Under the pieces are notes generated by a model. That model ran no database searches, had not been told where the DNA came from, and saw only the letters and a list, made by a program, of their open reading frames with translations. A stretch of 33,941 nt of DNA, taken from contig CAYJDH010000006.1 of assembly GCA_964368915.1 (NCBI GenBank), positions 1-33,941 on the forward strand, written 5' to 3'. Positions 15,173-23,832 of the stretch are shown here, piece by piece. The position numbers and the translations under genes were made by a program. The stretch's first letter is position 1; each line of letters opens with the position of its first letter. This DNA comes from an uncultured Candidatus Saccharibacteria bacterium. GTDB lineage: Bacteria > Patescibacteriota > Minisyncoccia > Phycocordibacterales > UBA5272.

Positions 15173-16909
15173 TTACACCAACTCCTGATGTTCGACTAGT
15201 TCACGATATGTGAGACATGACACCATCAGCTCAACATGTGACCCCTCACCAACTATTTGCCCCCTATCCATCACTATTATCTTGTCAGCATCAAATATAG
15301 TAGATAGTCTGTGTGCGATGATAATAGTAGTGCGTCCCTCGCTGGCCTCGTCTATCGCCTCTTTGATGTATTTCTCATTCTCACTGTCGAGTGCGCTGGT
15401 CGCCTCATCGAAAATCAATATATCAGGATTCTTGATCAGTGCCCTAGCTATACCCACACGTTGCCTCTCACCACCAGACAACTTTATCCCACGCTCGCCG
15501 AGTACAGTTTCAAACTTGTCCTCACCGAGACGATGATAGAACTCTGTGATGCGTGCAGACTTTGCGGTACTTTCCAACTCCTTGTCACTCACTTTTCTGT
15601 CGTGTACCCCGAGCAATATATTGTCACGAAGTGTACTGTCGAACAGGTCTATGTGTTGCTCTACATAGCCAACATGGCTACGCAGACTGTGACTGTTCAG
15701 TGTTCGCAAGCTTTTACCGCCAATAACCACATCTCCACCGTCCCAATCATACATACGCAGTAGCAACTTTGTTATTGTTGTCTTGCCAGATCCAGACCTA
15801 CCCACTATCGCAACTTTTGTATTTTGTTTGATTGTAAAGCTGACACCTTTCAAAACATCTCCCTCACTTTTTGGATATTTGAATGTTACGTTTTCAAAAT
15901 TAATATCCCCCGCTACAAATTTCTGCTTTCCATTTTCATTGAACAACGGCTCTTTGTCTATCGCCTCAAAGTATTTTTCAACCTCAATAAATTTTAATGG
16001 CATCCAACGTAGCAGCTTTACTATACTTTGTATATTTGAAAATGAGTCATTCATCCAAGTCCATGCAGCATATAAACCTCCAATAGTAAGTCCTCCGTTT
16101 AGGAAACTAAAGGACAGAACTGAAATACTTATAACTCCAGAAAATTTTATAGCGTAACCCCTCCTATTACCATGGATAAAAGCAGGTACCCAAGTACTGA
16201 TGTAATAGTCTATAATATGTTTTCTTTGGTTTAAATATTTGTCTAGAAAAAATTTCTCAGCTGATAAAGTTTTTACAAGAGTCAAATGCTGAAATGCCTC
16301 AGTTCTATTTTTATTTTGCATATCCCAGTTGGTGATATTATCTTTTAACATTGGTCTATGCCAATTAGAAAAACGGTTACTCCACCACGCTACTGTAAAG
16401 ATAGTTAATATTGTCAAAATACCAATTGGTAGAGAATATACAGACAATGCTATAACCGAAAACAGGGTCTGAGTTATTACCGGCAACAAATCTAGAACAG
16501 ACCTGCTGATTATCTCTTCCGCTGAGTTTTCTCCTCTAGTTATAACTTGTAACTTTATTGCTGAATGATCCTCTATGTACTGAGATATATTTAATCTGAA
16601 TATTCTTTTGAACGAGTACTCTTGTATGTGCTGACTTATACTTTGATCTAGGTATTTGAGAGATCTTATTTTCCCCACGCCATACAATTTATTTTGAAGT
16701 ATGGAGACTACAAAATAAGAAAATAGTAGGTAGAACAAGAAATTTATATCTCTGTTTATCAATGTGTCTAAAACCTTAGCAAGTATAAAAGTTGCCGCTA
16801 TAGAAAACAGTTGATCTACGATAATAAAGCCTAGCTGAATGTAAAAATGCTTGTGGAATGGCCTTAGCAGGTCCCAGAGGCGGCGGATGATAAGGAGGTT
16901 TTTCTTCAT
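15173..16909 (-). CDS. ABC exporter, fused permease-ATPase (MsbA/type I exporter-like)
   Basis: Six-helix TMD, then an NBD with Walker A GRSGSGKTT, signature LSGGERQRV, Walker B ILIFDEATSALD and H-loop IIIAHRLS. The ORF-track start 16936 is a GTG. The ATG at 16907-16909 (MKKNLLIIRRLW..) is preferred but not proven. Confidence 0.9.
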   Translation of the reverse strand: MKKNLLIIRRLWDLLRPFHKHFYIQLGFIIVDQLFSIAATFILAKVLDTLINRDINFLFYLLFSYFVVSILQNKLYGVGKIRSLKYLDQSISQHIQEYSFKRIFRLNISQYIEDHSAIKLQVITRGENSAEEIISRSVLDLLPVITQTLFSVIALSVYSLPIGILTILTIFTVAWWSNRFSNWHRPMLKDNITNWDMQNKNRTEAFQHLTLVKTLSAEKFFLDKYLNQRKHIIDYYISTWVPAFIHGNRRGYAIKFSGVISISVLSFSFLNGGLTIGGLYAAWTWMNDSFSNIQSIVKLLRWMPLKFIEVEKYFEAIDKEPLFNENGKQKFVAGDINFENVTFKYPKSEGDVLKGVSFTIKQNTKVAIVGRSGSGKTTITKLLLRMYDWDGGDVVIGGKSLRTLNSHSLRSHVGYVEQHIDLFDSTLRDNILLGVHDRKVSDKELESTAKSARITEFYHRLGEDKFETVLGERGIKLSGGERQRVGIARALIKNPDILIFDEATSALDSENEKYIKEAIDEASEGRTTIIIAHRLSTIFDADKIIVMDRGQIVGEGSHVELMVSCLTYRELVEHQELV

Positions 16910-16985
16910 AGGTAAAAAATAGATGAAATGATTCACCTATTATACACCCAAAACTATATACCTCTAAGTTAGGCGGGTTAAGCTT

Positions 16986-17570
16986 TTATAACTTTGCTTT
17001 TAAAATCTTTAGCTCTTTTTCTAGGTCGCCTATGTGTGACTGCAACTTCTTTGTTTCCGTGCTGAGCTTGGCCTCCAGGCCTCCTGTGGCGCCAGCAAAT
17101 GTCTCGGCGATATACATTATCTCGGTGATGTCCTCCATTGCGAGCAATATAATAGGTGGAAACTTGTCAGAGATGGCATCCTCTTCAAAATATATCTCGC
17201 GAGCGTTCAGTATCATAACTTTTGGACCTATGAACGGGAACTCATGAGATACTTCAAACCCTTTGAAAAATGAATGCGATGGCAATATCTCCTCGAGTAG
17301 CTTTTTTAGAGCTGGAATATTCCATTCCCCATTACCGAGGTCGTATACCATTTTCTTTTCAGTATTTTTTGGTTCCACTTGAAAAGTCTTGTAAAAAGAC
17401 TCGTTCGCCGCCATAACACGCAAGTCTTTGTCCAAAATTAACACAGGCTCACGTACTATATCCACCACTGTCTTCACATAGACCCAGCTTTGCGCCCACA
17501 GACGAGAAGCTATCTCATCTTCTGATAATTTTATGATCTCTTCTTTTAAATTCTTATTTTTTGTTGCCAT
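16986..17570 (-). CDS. Stand-alone PAS-domain protein with a C-terminal coiled coil
   Basis: From the ATG at 17568-17570 (MATKNKNL..). REPVLILDKDLRVMAANESFYKTFQV..MVYDLGNGEWNIPALKKLLEEILP..FEVSHEFPFIGPKVMILNAREI matches the PAS type found C-terminal to CheB/CheR fusion proteins. The tail KLQSHIGDLEKELKILKAKL is coiled-coil-like. The upstream 68 codons of the track ORF are Cys-rich junk overlapping the divergent promoter. Confidence 0.7.
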   Translation of the reverse strand: MATKNKNLKEEIIKLSEDEIASRLWAQSWVYVKTVVDIVREPVLILDKDLRVMAANESFYKTFQVEPKNTEKKMVYDLGNGEWNIPALKKLLEEILPSHSFFKGFEVSHEFPFIGPKVMILNAREIYFEEDAISDKFPPIILLAMEDITEIMYIAETFAGATGGLEAKLSTETKKLQSHIGDLEKELKILKAKL

Positions 17571-17623
17571 ATAAGTATATGTCGTATGAAAAGAGTAAAT
17601 ATTACAAATAATGCTAGTATAAA

Positions 17624-17645
17624 ACTGTAATCTGACTGTAATCTG
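17624..17645. repeat. Tandem 11-bp direct repeat (ACTGTAATCTG x2) in the PAS / ECF sigma spacer
   Basis: Exact copies at 17624-17634 and 17635-17645. Confidence 0.9.
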
Positions 17646-17662
17646 TAAAGGCCTGTTACGTC
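17637..17662 (+). promoter_or_regulatory. Candidate ECF-type promoter (TGTAAT-N16-CGTC) for the sigma factor gene
   Basis: TGTAAT (17637-17642, within repeat copy 2), a 16-nt spacer, then CGTC (17659-17662). Resembles TGxAAC-N16/17-CGTx ECF promoters. CGTC ends 8 nt before the ATG at 17671, implying a very short leader or none. Confidence 0.3.
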
Positions 17663-17670
17663 TACATATT

Positions 17671-18186
17671 ATGATCACCCCAAAGGAACAACAGGAACAG
17701 AGGGTAATACTAAATACCGCACATAATGACTTTGAAAAAGGTATGCACAGACACGCTTTTTTCAAGGTAAGCAATCACGCAACTGGTGAAGACTTGGTAC
17801 AGGAGACTTTTATGAAAACCTGGGTATATCTTGCAAAGGGTGGCAAGGTTCATATTATGAAGGCGTTTTTGTATCACATACTCAACAACCTGATAATAGA
17901 TGAATACAGAAAACACAAAACAACCTCACTGGATTCGTTAATTGAAAAAGGTTTTGACCCAAGAGAGACTGAGTCTGAAAAGTTACTCGGCGTGCTGGAT
18001 GGTAAAAGTGCTCTGCTGTTGATAGCTAGACTGCCAGAAAAATATCAAAAAGTGTTGCGTATGAGATATGTCCAAGACCTAACCCTGGAGGAGATGTCTA
18101 TTATAACTGGACAATCTAAAAAGACTTTGTCTGTGCAAGTTTTCCGTGGAGTTGAGAAGTTGAGAGCTTTGTATAAAGAAAATTAG
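17671..18186 (+). CDS. ECF-type RNA polymerase sigma factor (sigma-70 family, regions 2 and 4)
   Basis: 171-aa ORF. Region 2 (GEDLVQETFMKTWVYL..YHILNNLIIDEYRK) and region 4 HTH (LPEKYQKVLRMRYVQDLTLEEMSIITGQSKKTLSVQVFRGVEKLR). Confidence 0.85.
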   Translation: MITPKEQQEQRVILNTAHNDFEKGMHRHAFFKVSNHATGEDLVQETFMKTWVYLAKGGKVHIMKAFLYHILNNLIIDEYRKHKTTSLDSLIEKGFDPRETESEKLLGVLDGKSALLLIARLPEKYQKVLRMRYVQDLTLEEMSIITGQSKKTLSVQVFRGVEKLRALYKEN

Positions 18187-19979
18187 TCCTCCTTCTTTCT
18201 AGCATTCTTTGAACGCTCGCTCTCTGTTAGGAGTTGCTTGCGCAATCTCACTGACTTTGGAGTTATCTCGAGATACTCATCACTGTTCATGATTTCTAGT
18301 CCACGCTCAATAGTGATCTCAAATGGAGGAACAAGAGTGATGGCTTCATCAGCTCCTGATGAACGCATGTTTGAAAGTTGTTTACCTTTTGTTGGGTTAA
18401 CAACCATCTCCTCACCTTTTGATGTGTTACCGATAATCATACCCTCATACACCTCTGTCGCTGGGTTGATATACATCACACCACGGTCTTGTAAATTCCA
18501 AAGTGAGAATCCTAATGCCTTACCTGTCTCCATACTTGTCATTGATCCGACATCACGACGGTCAATCTTGCCGGCATATGGACCAAACTTTGTAAATCTT
18601 GCAGACAATATACCTAGACCTTTTGTATCAACTATGAACTCACCACGATAACCAAGTATTCCTCTTGTTGGTATCTCAGCCTTGATACGAGTGATGCCAT
18701 TCTTTTCATTCATATCTGAGATCATTCCTTTTCTCTTGCCAAGTTTCTCCATTACTATACCACTGTGTTCTGTTGGTACGTCGATAACCAACTCCTCATA
18801 TGGCTCCTCACGGCTGCCATCTGCTAAAGTGTGTATGATAACCTTTGGTTGCGATACTTGTAACTCAAAACCTTCGCGACGCATAGTCTCGAGCAATACT
18901 GATATATGCATCTCACCACGTCCAAACACCTCATATCTATCTCCATCAAAATTAACACGCATACCCACATTCACCTCCAATTCTTTTTCAAGTCTATCTC
19001 TGATCTGACGAGTTGTTACAAACTTACCCTCACGTCCAGCAAATGGCGAATCGTTAACTAGGAAATAAAGTGCGATTGTTGGCTCATCAATATTAATAGC
19101 TTTTACTGGTTCCACTGTTGCATCCTCAGCAAATGTCTCACCGATGAAAATATCTGGGAATCCAGCTATCATCACAATGTCTCCCGCTACGCCCTCTTGC
19201 ACCTCTACACGCTGTACGCCACGGAACGCAAACATCTTTGATACCTTACCAGTTCTGGTCTCACCAGTAGGCTTGATGACTGTTACAGTTTGTCCTGTTT
19301 TTACTTTACCGTCATATATACGCACTGTGGCCATACGACCTAGGAAGTTATCATATGCAAGGTTGAAAGCCTGAGCACGGAACTTGTTATTCATATCTCC
19401 TGTTGCTTTTGGAACTTTCTCGAGCACGACATCAAGTAATGGGTCTAGGTTTACCTTCTCATCAGTCTCATTCTTCATAGCAACACCTTGTCTACCGATA
19501 GCATACACAGTTGTAAAGTCTAGCTGCTCGTCATTAGCTCCTAGCTCGAGGAAAAGCTCGAACACCTCATCGTGTACACGTTTAGCGTCTGCTGCTGGCT
19601 TGTCGATTTTGTTAATAACAACAATAGGCTTTAGCCCTAGCTCCAATGATTTCTTCAAAACAAATCTTGTCTGTGGCATTGGGCCCTCTTGAGCATCCAC
19701 GAGTAGCAACACCGAGTCGATACTGCGTAGTACACGCTCTACCTCAGATCCAAAGTCCGCATGCCCAGGAGTATCCAAAATATTTATCTTTACACCTTTG
19801 TACTCTACAGAAGTGTTTTTCGCATAGATAGTAATACCACGCTCCTGCTCTAGTGCGTTACTGTCCATAGTGTACCCCTCCTCTCCTGTACCACATTGCT
19901 TCATCAAGGCATCAGTTAGTGTTGTCTTTCCATGGTCCACGTGAGCTATGATTGCGATATTGCGTATTTCTTGTTGCAT
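18183..19979 (-). CDS. typA: Translational GTPase TypA/BipA
   Basis: 598-aa [41 protein letters not shown], and a BipA-specific C-terminal domain. Confidence 0.95.
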   Translation of the reverse strand: MQQEIRNIAIIAHVDHGKTTLTDALMKQCGTGEEGYTMDSNALEQERGITIYAKNTSVEYKGVKINILDTPGHADFGSEVERVLRSIDSVLLLVDAQEGPMPQTRFVLKKSLELGLKPIVVINKIDKPAADAKRVHDEVFELFLELGANDEQLDFTTVYAIGRQGVAMKNETDEKVNLDPLLDVVLEKVPKATGDMNNKFRAQAFNLAYDNFLGRMATVRIYDGKVKTGQTVTVIKPTGETRTGKVSKMFAFRGVQRVEVQEGVAGDIVMIAGFPDIFIGETFAEDATVEPVKAINIDEPTIALYFLVNDSPFAGREGKFVTTRQIRDRLEKELEVNVGMRVNFDGDRYEVFGRGEMHISVLLETMRREGFELQVSQPKVIIHTLADGSREEPYEELVIDVPTEHSGIVMEKLGKRKGMISDMNEKNGITRIKAEIPTRGILGYRGEFIVDTKGLGILSARFTKFGPYAGKIDRRDVGSMTSMETGKALGFSLWNLQDRGVMYINPATEVYEGMIIGNTSKGEEMVVNPTKGKQLSNMRSSGADEAITLVPPFEITIERGLEIMNSDEYLEITPKSVRLRKQLLTESERSKNARKKED

Positions 19980-20012
19980 AAATGATAAATAAATTTTTTA
20001 AAATGTCCCGCA

Positions 20013-20021
20013 ATTATAACA
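20013..20021 (-). promoter_or_regulatory. Extended -10 promoter (TGTTATAAT) for typA
   Basis: The minus strand reads TGTTATAAT, 33 nt upstream of the typA ATG (19977-19979). Confidence 0.4.
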
Positions 20022-20075
20022 CAAAATAACACTAATTGCTAGCCTGTCAAACGGTATTTACCTTGCGAAAAACCT

Positions 20076-22046
20076 TTACTTTATAGACTCTACAAATGCG
20101 TTGTTGGAGATTGGGCGGCCGAGGAATGCCTCGATACTATCTTGCTCAGGACGACTGCCACCGTGGGCGAGTATTTCGCGTCTGTATTTCATACCGAGCG
20201 TCTTGTTAGTCAGACCTCCCTCTTTAAATATACTGTAGGCGTCTTTTGCCAATCTCTCTGCCCAGAGATATGAATAGTATCCGGCGTCATATCCACCCAC
20301 AATGTGTGAGAATTTGGAGACGAACAGCACCCCCTTGGTCTCATCTATCATATATTTACTCATCAGCTCATGATAATGTTTGACCGGGTCAGTAGCCACA
20401 CCAGTATATAGGTCAACATCGAGCAGCCCCTGCACGCATTGTCTAGTATAGAAAATAGCCTGGAAAAGATTTTTAGTTTTGACTATTTTATCTATCAACT
20501 CGCGAGGCATCGCTGCACCAGTCTTATAATGTTTACCAAGCTTTTTGAGTACACTTTCCTCTGCTACCCACTGCTCCATTATTTGACTAGGCATCTCAAC
20601 AAAGTCCCACACTACATTTGTCCCAGCATGACTTGCGTGTTTCGCCTCGGTGAGTAGTCCGTGCAAACCGTGACCAAACTCGTGGAACAATGTCTCTATC
20701 TCGCGAACTGTTAACAGTGACGGCGAGTTCTTTGTAGACTTTGGAAAGTTACAAATCAGTGTTGCAAATGGTGAGCGATACAGATTCTTTTCGAGCTGTG
20801 CCCCCTCTATTATCGGCATCATACATGCGTGACCATATTTACCGTCACGTGGGTGAAGGTCTAGAGCCAGGTACGCGATGATTTGTTTTGACTTTTTGTC
20901 ATGTATTTCAAAAAGGTTCGCATCCCTATGCCACAGCTTTATCTCTGACTTTTTAACTGTAAATCCAAACAGATCGCCAAAATGTGTGAACATAAAGTCC
21001 ATAACAGATCCCAATTCAAAATACTGTCTCATTTGTTGCTCGTCGAGCGCATAGTCTTTTTCATATATTCTGTTAACCAGATACCCTGTATCGTGAGTGT
21101 GTATATTTTTGTATCCCGCTTCTTCCGCCTCTCTGGCAATAGTCATATAGTCCCTCTTTACTGCTGGGGCCAATTTCTTTAGCAGGTCATTCTTCATTTT
21201 ATAAATATGTTTCTCATGTTTAGCCATGCGCACCTCTGATCTGTATCTGGCGTGATTCTCATAACCGAGTATCTTTGATTTCTTTGCGCGGAGTTTGACT
21301 AGCTCTTTTAAAATAGTAACATTGCGCATTCCACCCTGATTGTTAAAAAGCTTGTACATCTCTTTTCTCTTGTTCCTGTCATGAACGTATTTCATAAATG
21401 GCCCATACTCTGGATATTGCAATGAGACCTTATACTTACCGTCCACCATTTGTAGTGAGTTTTTAACCAGCTCTGGCATGCCCGCAATTTGCGACTCATC
21501 ACAAAGTATATAACTGGTGTCCTCATTGATACGAGCGTCATACTCATTCTCCAGCTCGCTACATTTCTTGTCTATTTTCTTTACTGCTTCTCTATCTTTT
21601 GCTGCCAAGTCAAAACCTAGACGTTTGAACCCTAGCATCATATCGTCGAGCAGTCTGATGTCTTGTTTGTCCAGATTCTTTTTCTCTTTTTTGTAGTTAC
21701 CGGTGTAATACTCTTTGATGTCCGCATACATACCCTCGTCATATGCGAGGTCAACAGATAGATGCGAGAACTCCACCTCAGCTACACGCGCCGCATCGCG
21801 TATTTCTTTTTTATCACTAGTTAATGCCAACATGTGTATCTCATAGAGCATGCGCGACTCGTCATCATTAGATATCTCATAGGCACCGATAGTATTTAAA
21901 AATGTTCTGTCTTCCTTTTTGATTTTCTTTATACTCTCTTGTCTCTCTCTTATATTGTCTGCTGCCTTTTTAGGAAAAGCCAAGATCTGTTTCGCATTCA
22001 TCTTGCACCAAGCAAAATCACTTTGAGTTAATTGTGTGTACTTCAT
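20076..22046 (-). CDS. M3-family zinc oligopeptidase (thimet/oligopeptidase A-like)
   Basis: 656-aa ORF with the zinc site LFHEFGHGLHGL and downstream FVEMPSQIMEQW, typical of peptidase family M3A. Confidence 0.85.
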   Translation of the reverse strand: MKYTQLTQSDFAWCKMNAKQILAFPKKAADNIRERQESIKKIKKEDRTFLNTIGAYEISNDDESRMLYEIHMLALTSDKKEIRDAARVAEVEFSHLSVDLAYDEGMYADIKEYYTGNYKKEKKNLDKQDIRLLDDMMLGFKRLGFDLAAKDREAVKKIDKKCSELENEYDARINEDTSYILCDESQIAGMPELVKNSLQMVDGKYKVSLQYPEYGPFMKYVHDRNKRKEMYKLFNNQGGMRNVTILKELVKLRAKKSKILGYENHARYRSEVRMAKHEKHIYKMKNDLLKKLAPAVKRDYMTIAREAEEAGYKNIHTHDTGYLVNRIYEKDYALDEQQMRQYFELGSVMDFMFTHFGDLFGFTVKKSEIKLWHRDANLFEIHDKKSKQIIAYLALDLHPRDGKYGHACMMPIIEGAQLEKNLYRSPFATLICNFPKSTKNSPSLLTVREIETLFHEFGHGLHGLLTEAKHASHAGTNVVWDFVEMPSQIMEQWVAEESVLKKLGKHYKTGAAMPRELIDKIVKTKNLFQAIFYTRQCVQGLLDVDLYTGVATDPVKHYHELMSKYMIDETKGVLFVSKFSHIVGGYDAGYYSYLWAERLAKDAYSIFKEGGLTNKTLGMKYRREILAHGGSRPEQDSIEAFLGRPISNNAFVESIK

Positions 22047-22052
22047 ACACCC

Positions 22053-22061
22053 ATTATAACA
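22053..22061 (-). promoter_or_regulatory. Extended -10 promoter (TGTTATAAT) for the M3 peptidase, predicted leaderless
   Basis: The minus strand reads TGTTATAAT-gggtgt-ATG. There are 6 nt between the -10 and the start codon (22044-22046). The box abuts the upstream terminator hairpin. Confidence 0.4.
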
Positions 22062-22086
22062 AAAATCCCGCCGAGGCGGGATTTTT
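22061..22086 (-). terminator. Intrinsic terminator after the RRM-protein gene
   Basis: AAAAATCCCGC-cgag-GCGGGATTTTT, GC-rich core with flanking A/T tracts. Lies 17 nt downstream of the stop at 22103. Confidence 0.8.
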
Positions 22087-22102
22087 GTTTGCTTTGTTAA
22101 AT

Positions 22103-22366
22103 TTAGTTGCGAGTATCGCGTGGAACCATTGGGCGAGCCTCGTTTACAACTAGGCTGCGTCCCTCTAGATCACTACCGTCAAGTGTTGCAATTGCTTTGT
22201 CAGCATCTGCACCATTCATCTCAACGAAACCAAATCCTTTTGAACGATTCATCGCTCTGTCAATAATAATCTTTGCTGATATTACTTGTCCAAAAGGGGC
22301 AAATAACGCTGCAAGGTCTTGATCGCCGTATTTAAACGGTAGACCACCTACAAATAACTTTTTCAT
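22103..22366 (-). CDS. RRM-type RNA-binding protein
   Basis: From the ATG at 22364-22366: MKKLFVGGLPFKYGDQDL (RNP2) ... SKGFGFVEM (RNP1). 87 aa. The track ORF start (22405) is an upstream TTG. TGTTATATT box at 22377-22385 (minus), 10 nt upstream. Confidence 0.85.
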   Translation of the reverse strand: MKKLFVGGLPFKYGDQDLAALFAPFGQVISAKIIIDRAMNRSKGFGFVEMNGADADKAIATLDGSDLEGRSLVVNEARPMVPRDTRN

Positions 22367-22406
22367 GTACTCTGTCAATATAACACGACCACAGAAAATT
22401 AGCAAG

Positions 22407-22943
22407 CTAGAAAGCCTTCATCTTTTCCACAATTTCCTCCACTATTTTTGGGTCTGCTCCGAAACCGAAGTTATACCTTGGCGCCGTCGCAAAAACATAG
22501 TCCTTATTCCTAGCCCTTTCTGTTGGGCCTATTGGGGCTGCTGTTGGATAGTCCTCAAAGTTATTCTTTTCCCACTCTGTCCACTTGTCTATCGGATATA
22601 TCAAAACTGGCACAAACTCACGAGTCATCTCATCAACGGACGATGGTGGAGTGATGGTAATAGTTCTGCCATATTGTACAGTACCTGTAGCAACTTTGTA
22701 TCCATCCCAAGATTTAGGGAGAGTGAGTGAGAATCCAAAATCAGTATTCTCATACAGCAACGTACTACTCGCAGTGGTGCTGGCATTGCCCGCCGTAGCA
22801 TCTTGCGAAGGCTGGGTCGCAACCACAGGAGTATTGTCTATTGGCTGTGTCTCTGGTCTATTTTTAAACCAGTACCCTAAATATAGAGACCCTGCCAAAA
22901 CAGCTACGAATCCTATAACGATGGCATATCCAAACTTTGTCAT
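22407..22943 (-). CDS. Membrane-anchored exported protein, unknown function
   Basis: 178-aa ORF. N-terminal TM helix (YAIVIGFVAVLAGSLYLGYW), a low-complexity Thr/Ser/Ala linker, then a globular domain. No family recognised. Confidence 0.55.
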   Translation of the reverse strand: MTKFGYAIVIGFVAVLAGSLYLGYWFKNRPETQPIDNTPVVATQPSQDATAGNASTTASSTLLYENTDFGFSLTLPKSWDGYKVATGTVQYGRTITITPPSSVDEMTREFVPVLIYPIDKWTEWEKNNFEDYPTAAPIGPTERARNKDYVFATAPRYNFGFGADPKIVEEIVEKMKAF

Positions 22944-22988
22944 ATATCAAGCATAGCACAAATACAAAATTGGGTATAAACTCAAAAT

Positions 22989-23342
22989 ATGCAAAGATAT
23001 TTTAATACTAAAAACTTACTCATACTGATACTCGGGATAATAATAGGTATTCTTTTTACTTATAATCACAAACCTGCGAACAATATATCTCATGACATGA
23101 ATATGACTGACACTATGAATGGTATGACTAGTGGTCTAGAAAACAAATACGGGCGTGACCTTGAGAAGGCGTTCCTGACCGAGATGATACCTCATCACGA
23201 GGGCGCGGTAGCCATGGCGAGAATGGTAATCAAAAACCCTAGTGCCGACCCAGAAATATTAAAATTCGCATTCGACATCATCAACGCCCAAAGCAAAGAG
23301 ATAGACATGATGAGAGTGTGGCTAGAAACTAAATATAAATAA
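22989..23342 (+). CDS. DUF305-family (ferritin-like four-helix) protein
   Basis: 117-aa ORF with an N-terminal TM/signal segment and FLTEMIPHHEGAVAMARM .. DPEILKFAFDIINAQSKEIDMMRVWL, the characteristic DUF305 motif pair. Confidence 0.72.
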   Translation: MQRYFNTKNLLILILGIIIGILFTYNHKPANNISHDMNMTDTMNGMTSGLENKYGRDLEKAFLTEMIPHHEGAVAMARMVIKNPSADPEILKFAFDIINAQSKEIDMMRVWLETKYK

Positions 23343-23345
23343 AAA

Positions 23346-23795
23346 CTATCTGGAAATATATTTTTGATATTCTCTGCGAATATAGTCACAAACTATACCG
23401 AAACAATAAGCAAACAAAACAAATAGCAATAGCAAGCCAATATAAGGGATAATAAAAAATGAGATCAGAAAACAGACACCAAGAACCAGAGACTTTATAG
23501 ATATACCGGCTCTGCTGTAGAGTAAATACTCCTCTGCTACGCCAGCCATAACTATAGGCATTATCACACTAGCTGCTACTGATATAAAAATAAATGGTAT
23601 AAATATGATAACACCGATAAATAAAAGCGGTCCGCTAAATAGCAATGCGATAGATGTTACAAGCAAAACAAAAAACATAGCAATGCCGAGTTTGAATACT
23701 GAAAAAGAAACAGATCTACCATTCCTGGCGATGATATCCAGCACATTAGCACCCTCTCTTTTCATTTCTCCTATTGTTATTGTTGGCACAGTCAT
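23346..23795 (-). CDS. Polytopic membrane protein, unknown function
   Basis: 149-aa ORF with about 4 predicted hydrophobic helices. Immediately downstream of the TPM-domain gene on the same strand. Confidence 0.5.
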   Translation of the reverse strand: MTVPTITIGEMKREGANVLDIIARNGRSVSFSVFKLGIAMFFVLLVTSIALLFSGPLLFIGVIIFIPFIFISVAASVIMPIVMAGVAEEYLLYSRAGISIKSLVLGVCFLISFFIIPYIGLLLLFVLFAYCFGIVCDYIRREYQKYISR

Positions 23796-23832
23796 ATCCC
23801 CACACTACAATAAAAGCTTGAGGTTGTAAAGC

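Noticed and set aside
14932-15213. 93-aa plus-strand ORF in the GC-rich spacer, with an AAAGGA SD-like sequence 6 nt upstream of its ATG
   Set aside because: It reads through the terminator hairpin (15134-67) and 41 nt into the convergent ABC gene. It is Cys/Ala/Val/Arg-rich, unlike neighbouring proteins, and matches nothing I recognise. It is kept only as an alternative within the spacer finding.
17571-17774. N-terminal 68 codons of the track ORF 16986..17774
   Set aside because: The sequence is Cys-rich and low-complexity, and it overlaps the ECF sigma promoter and the first 100 nt of that gene. The PAS protein starts sensibly at the ATG 17568-17570.
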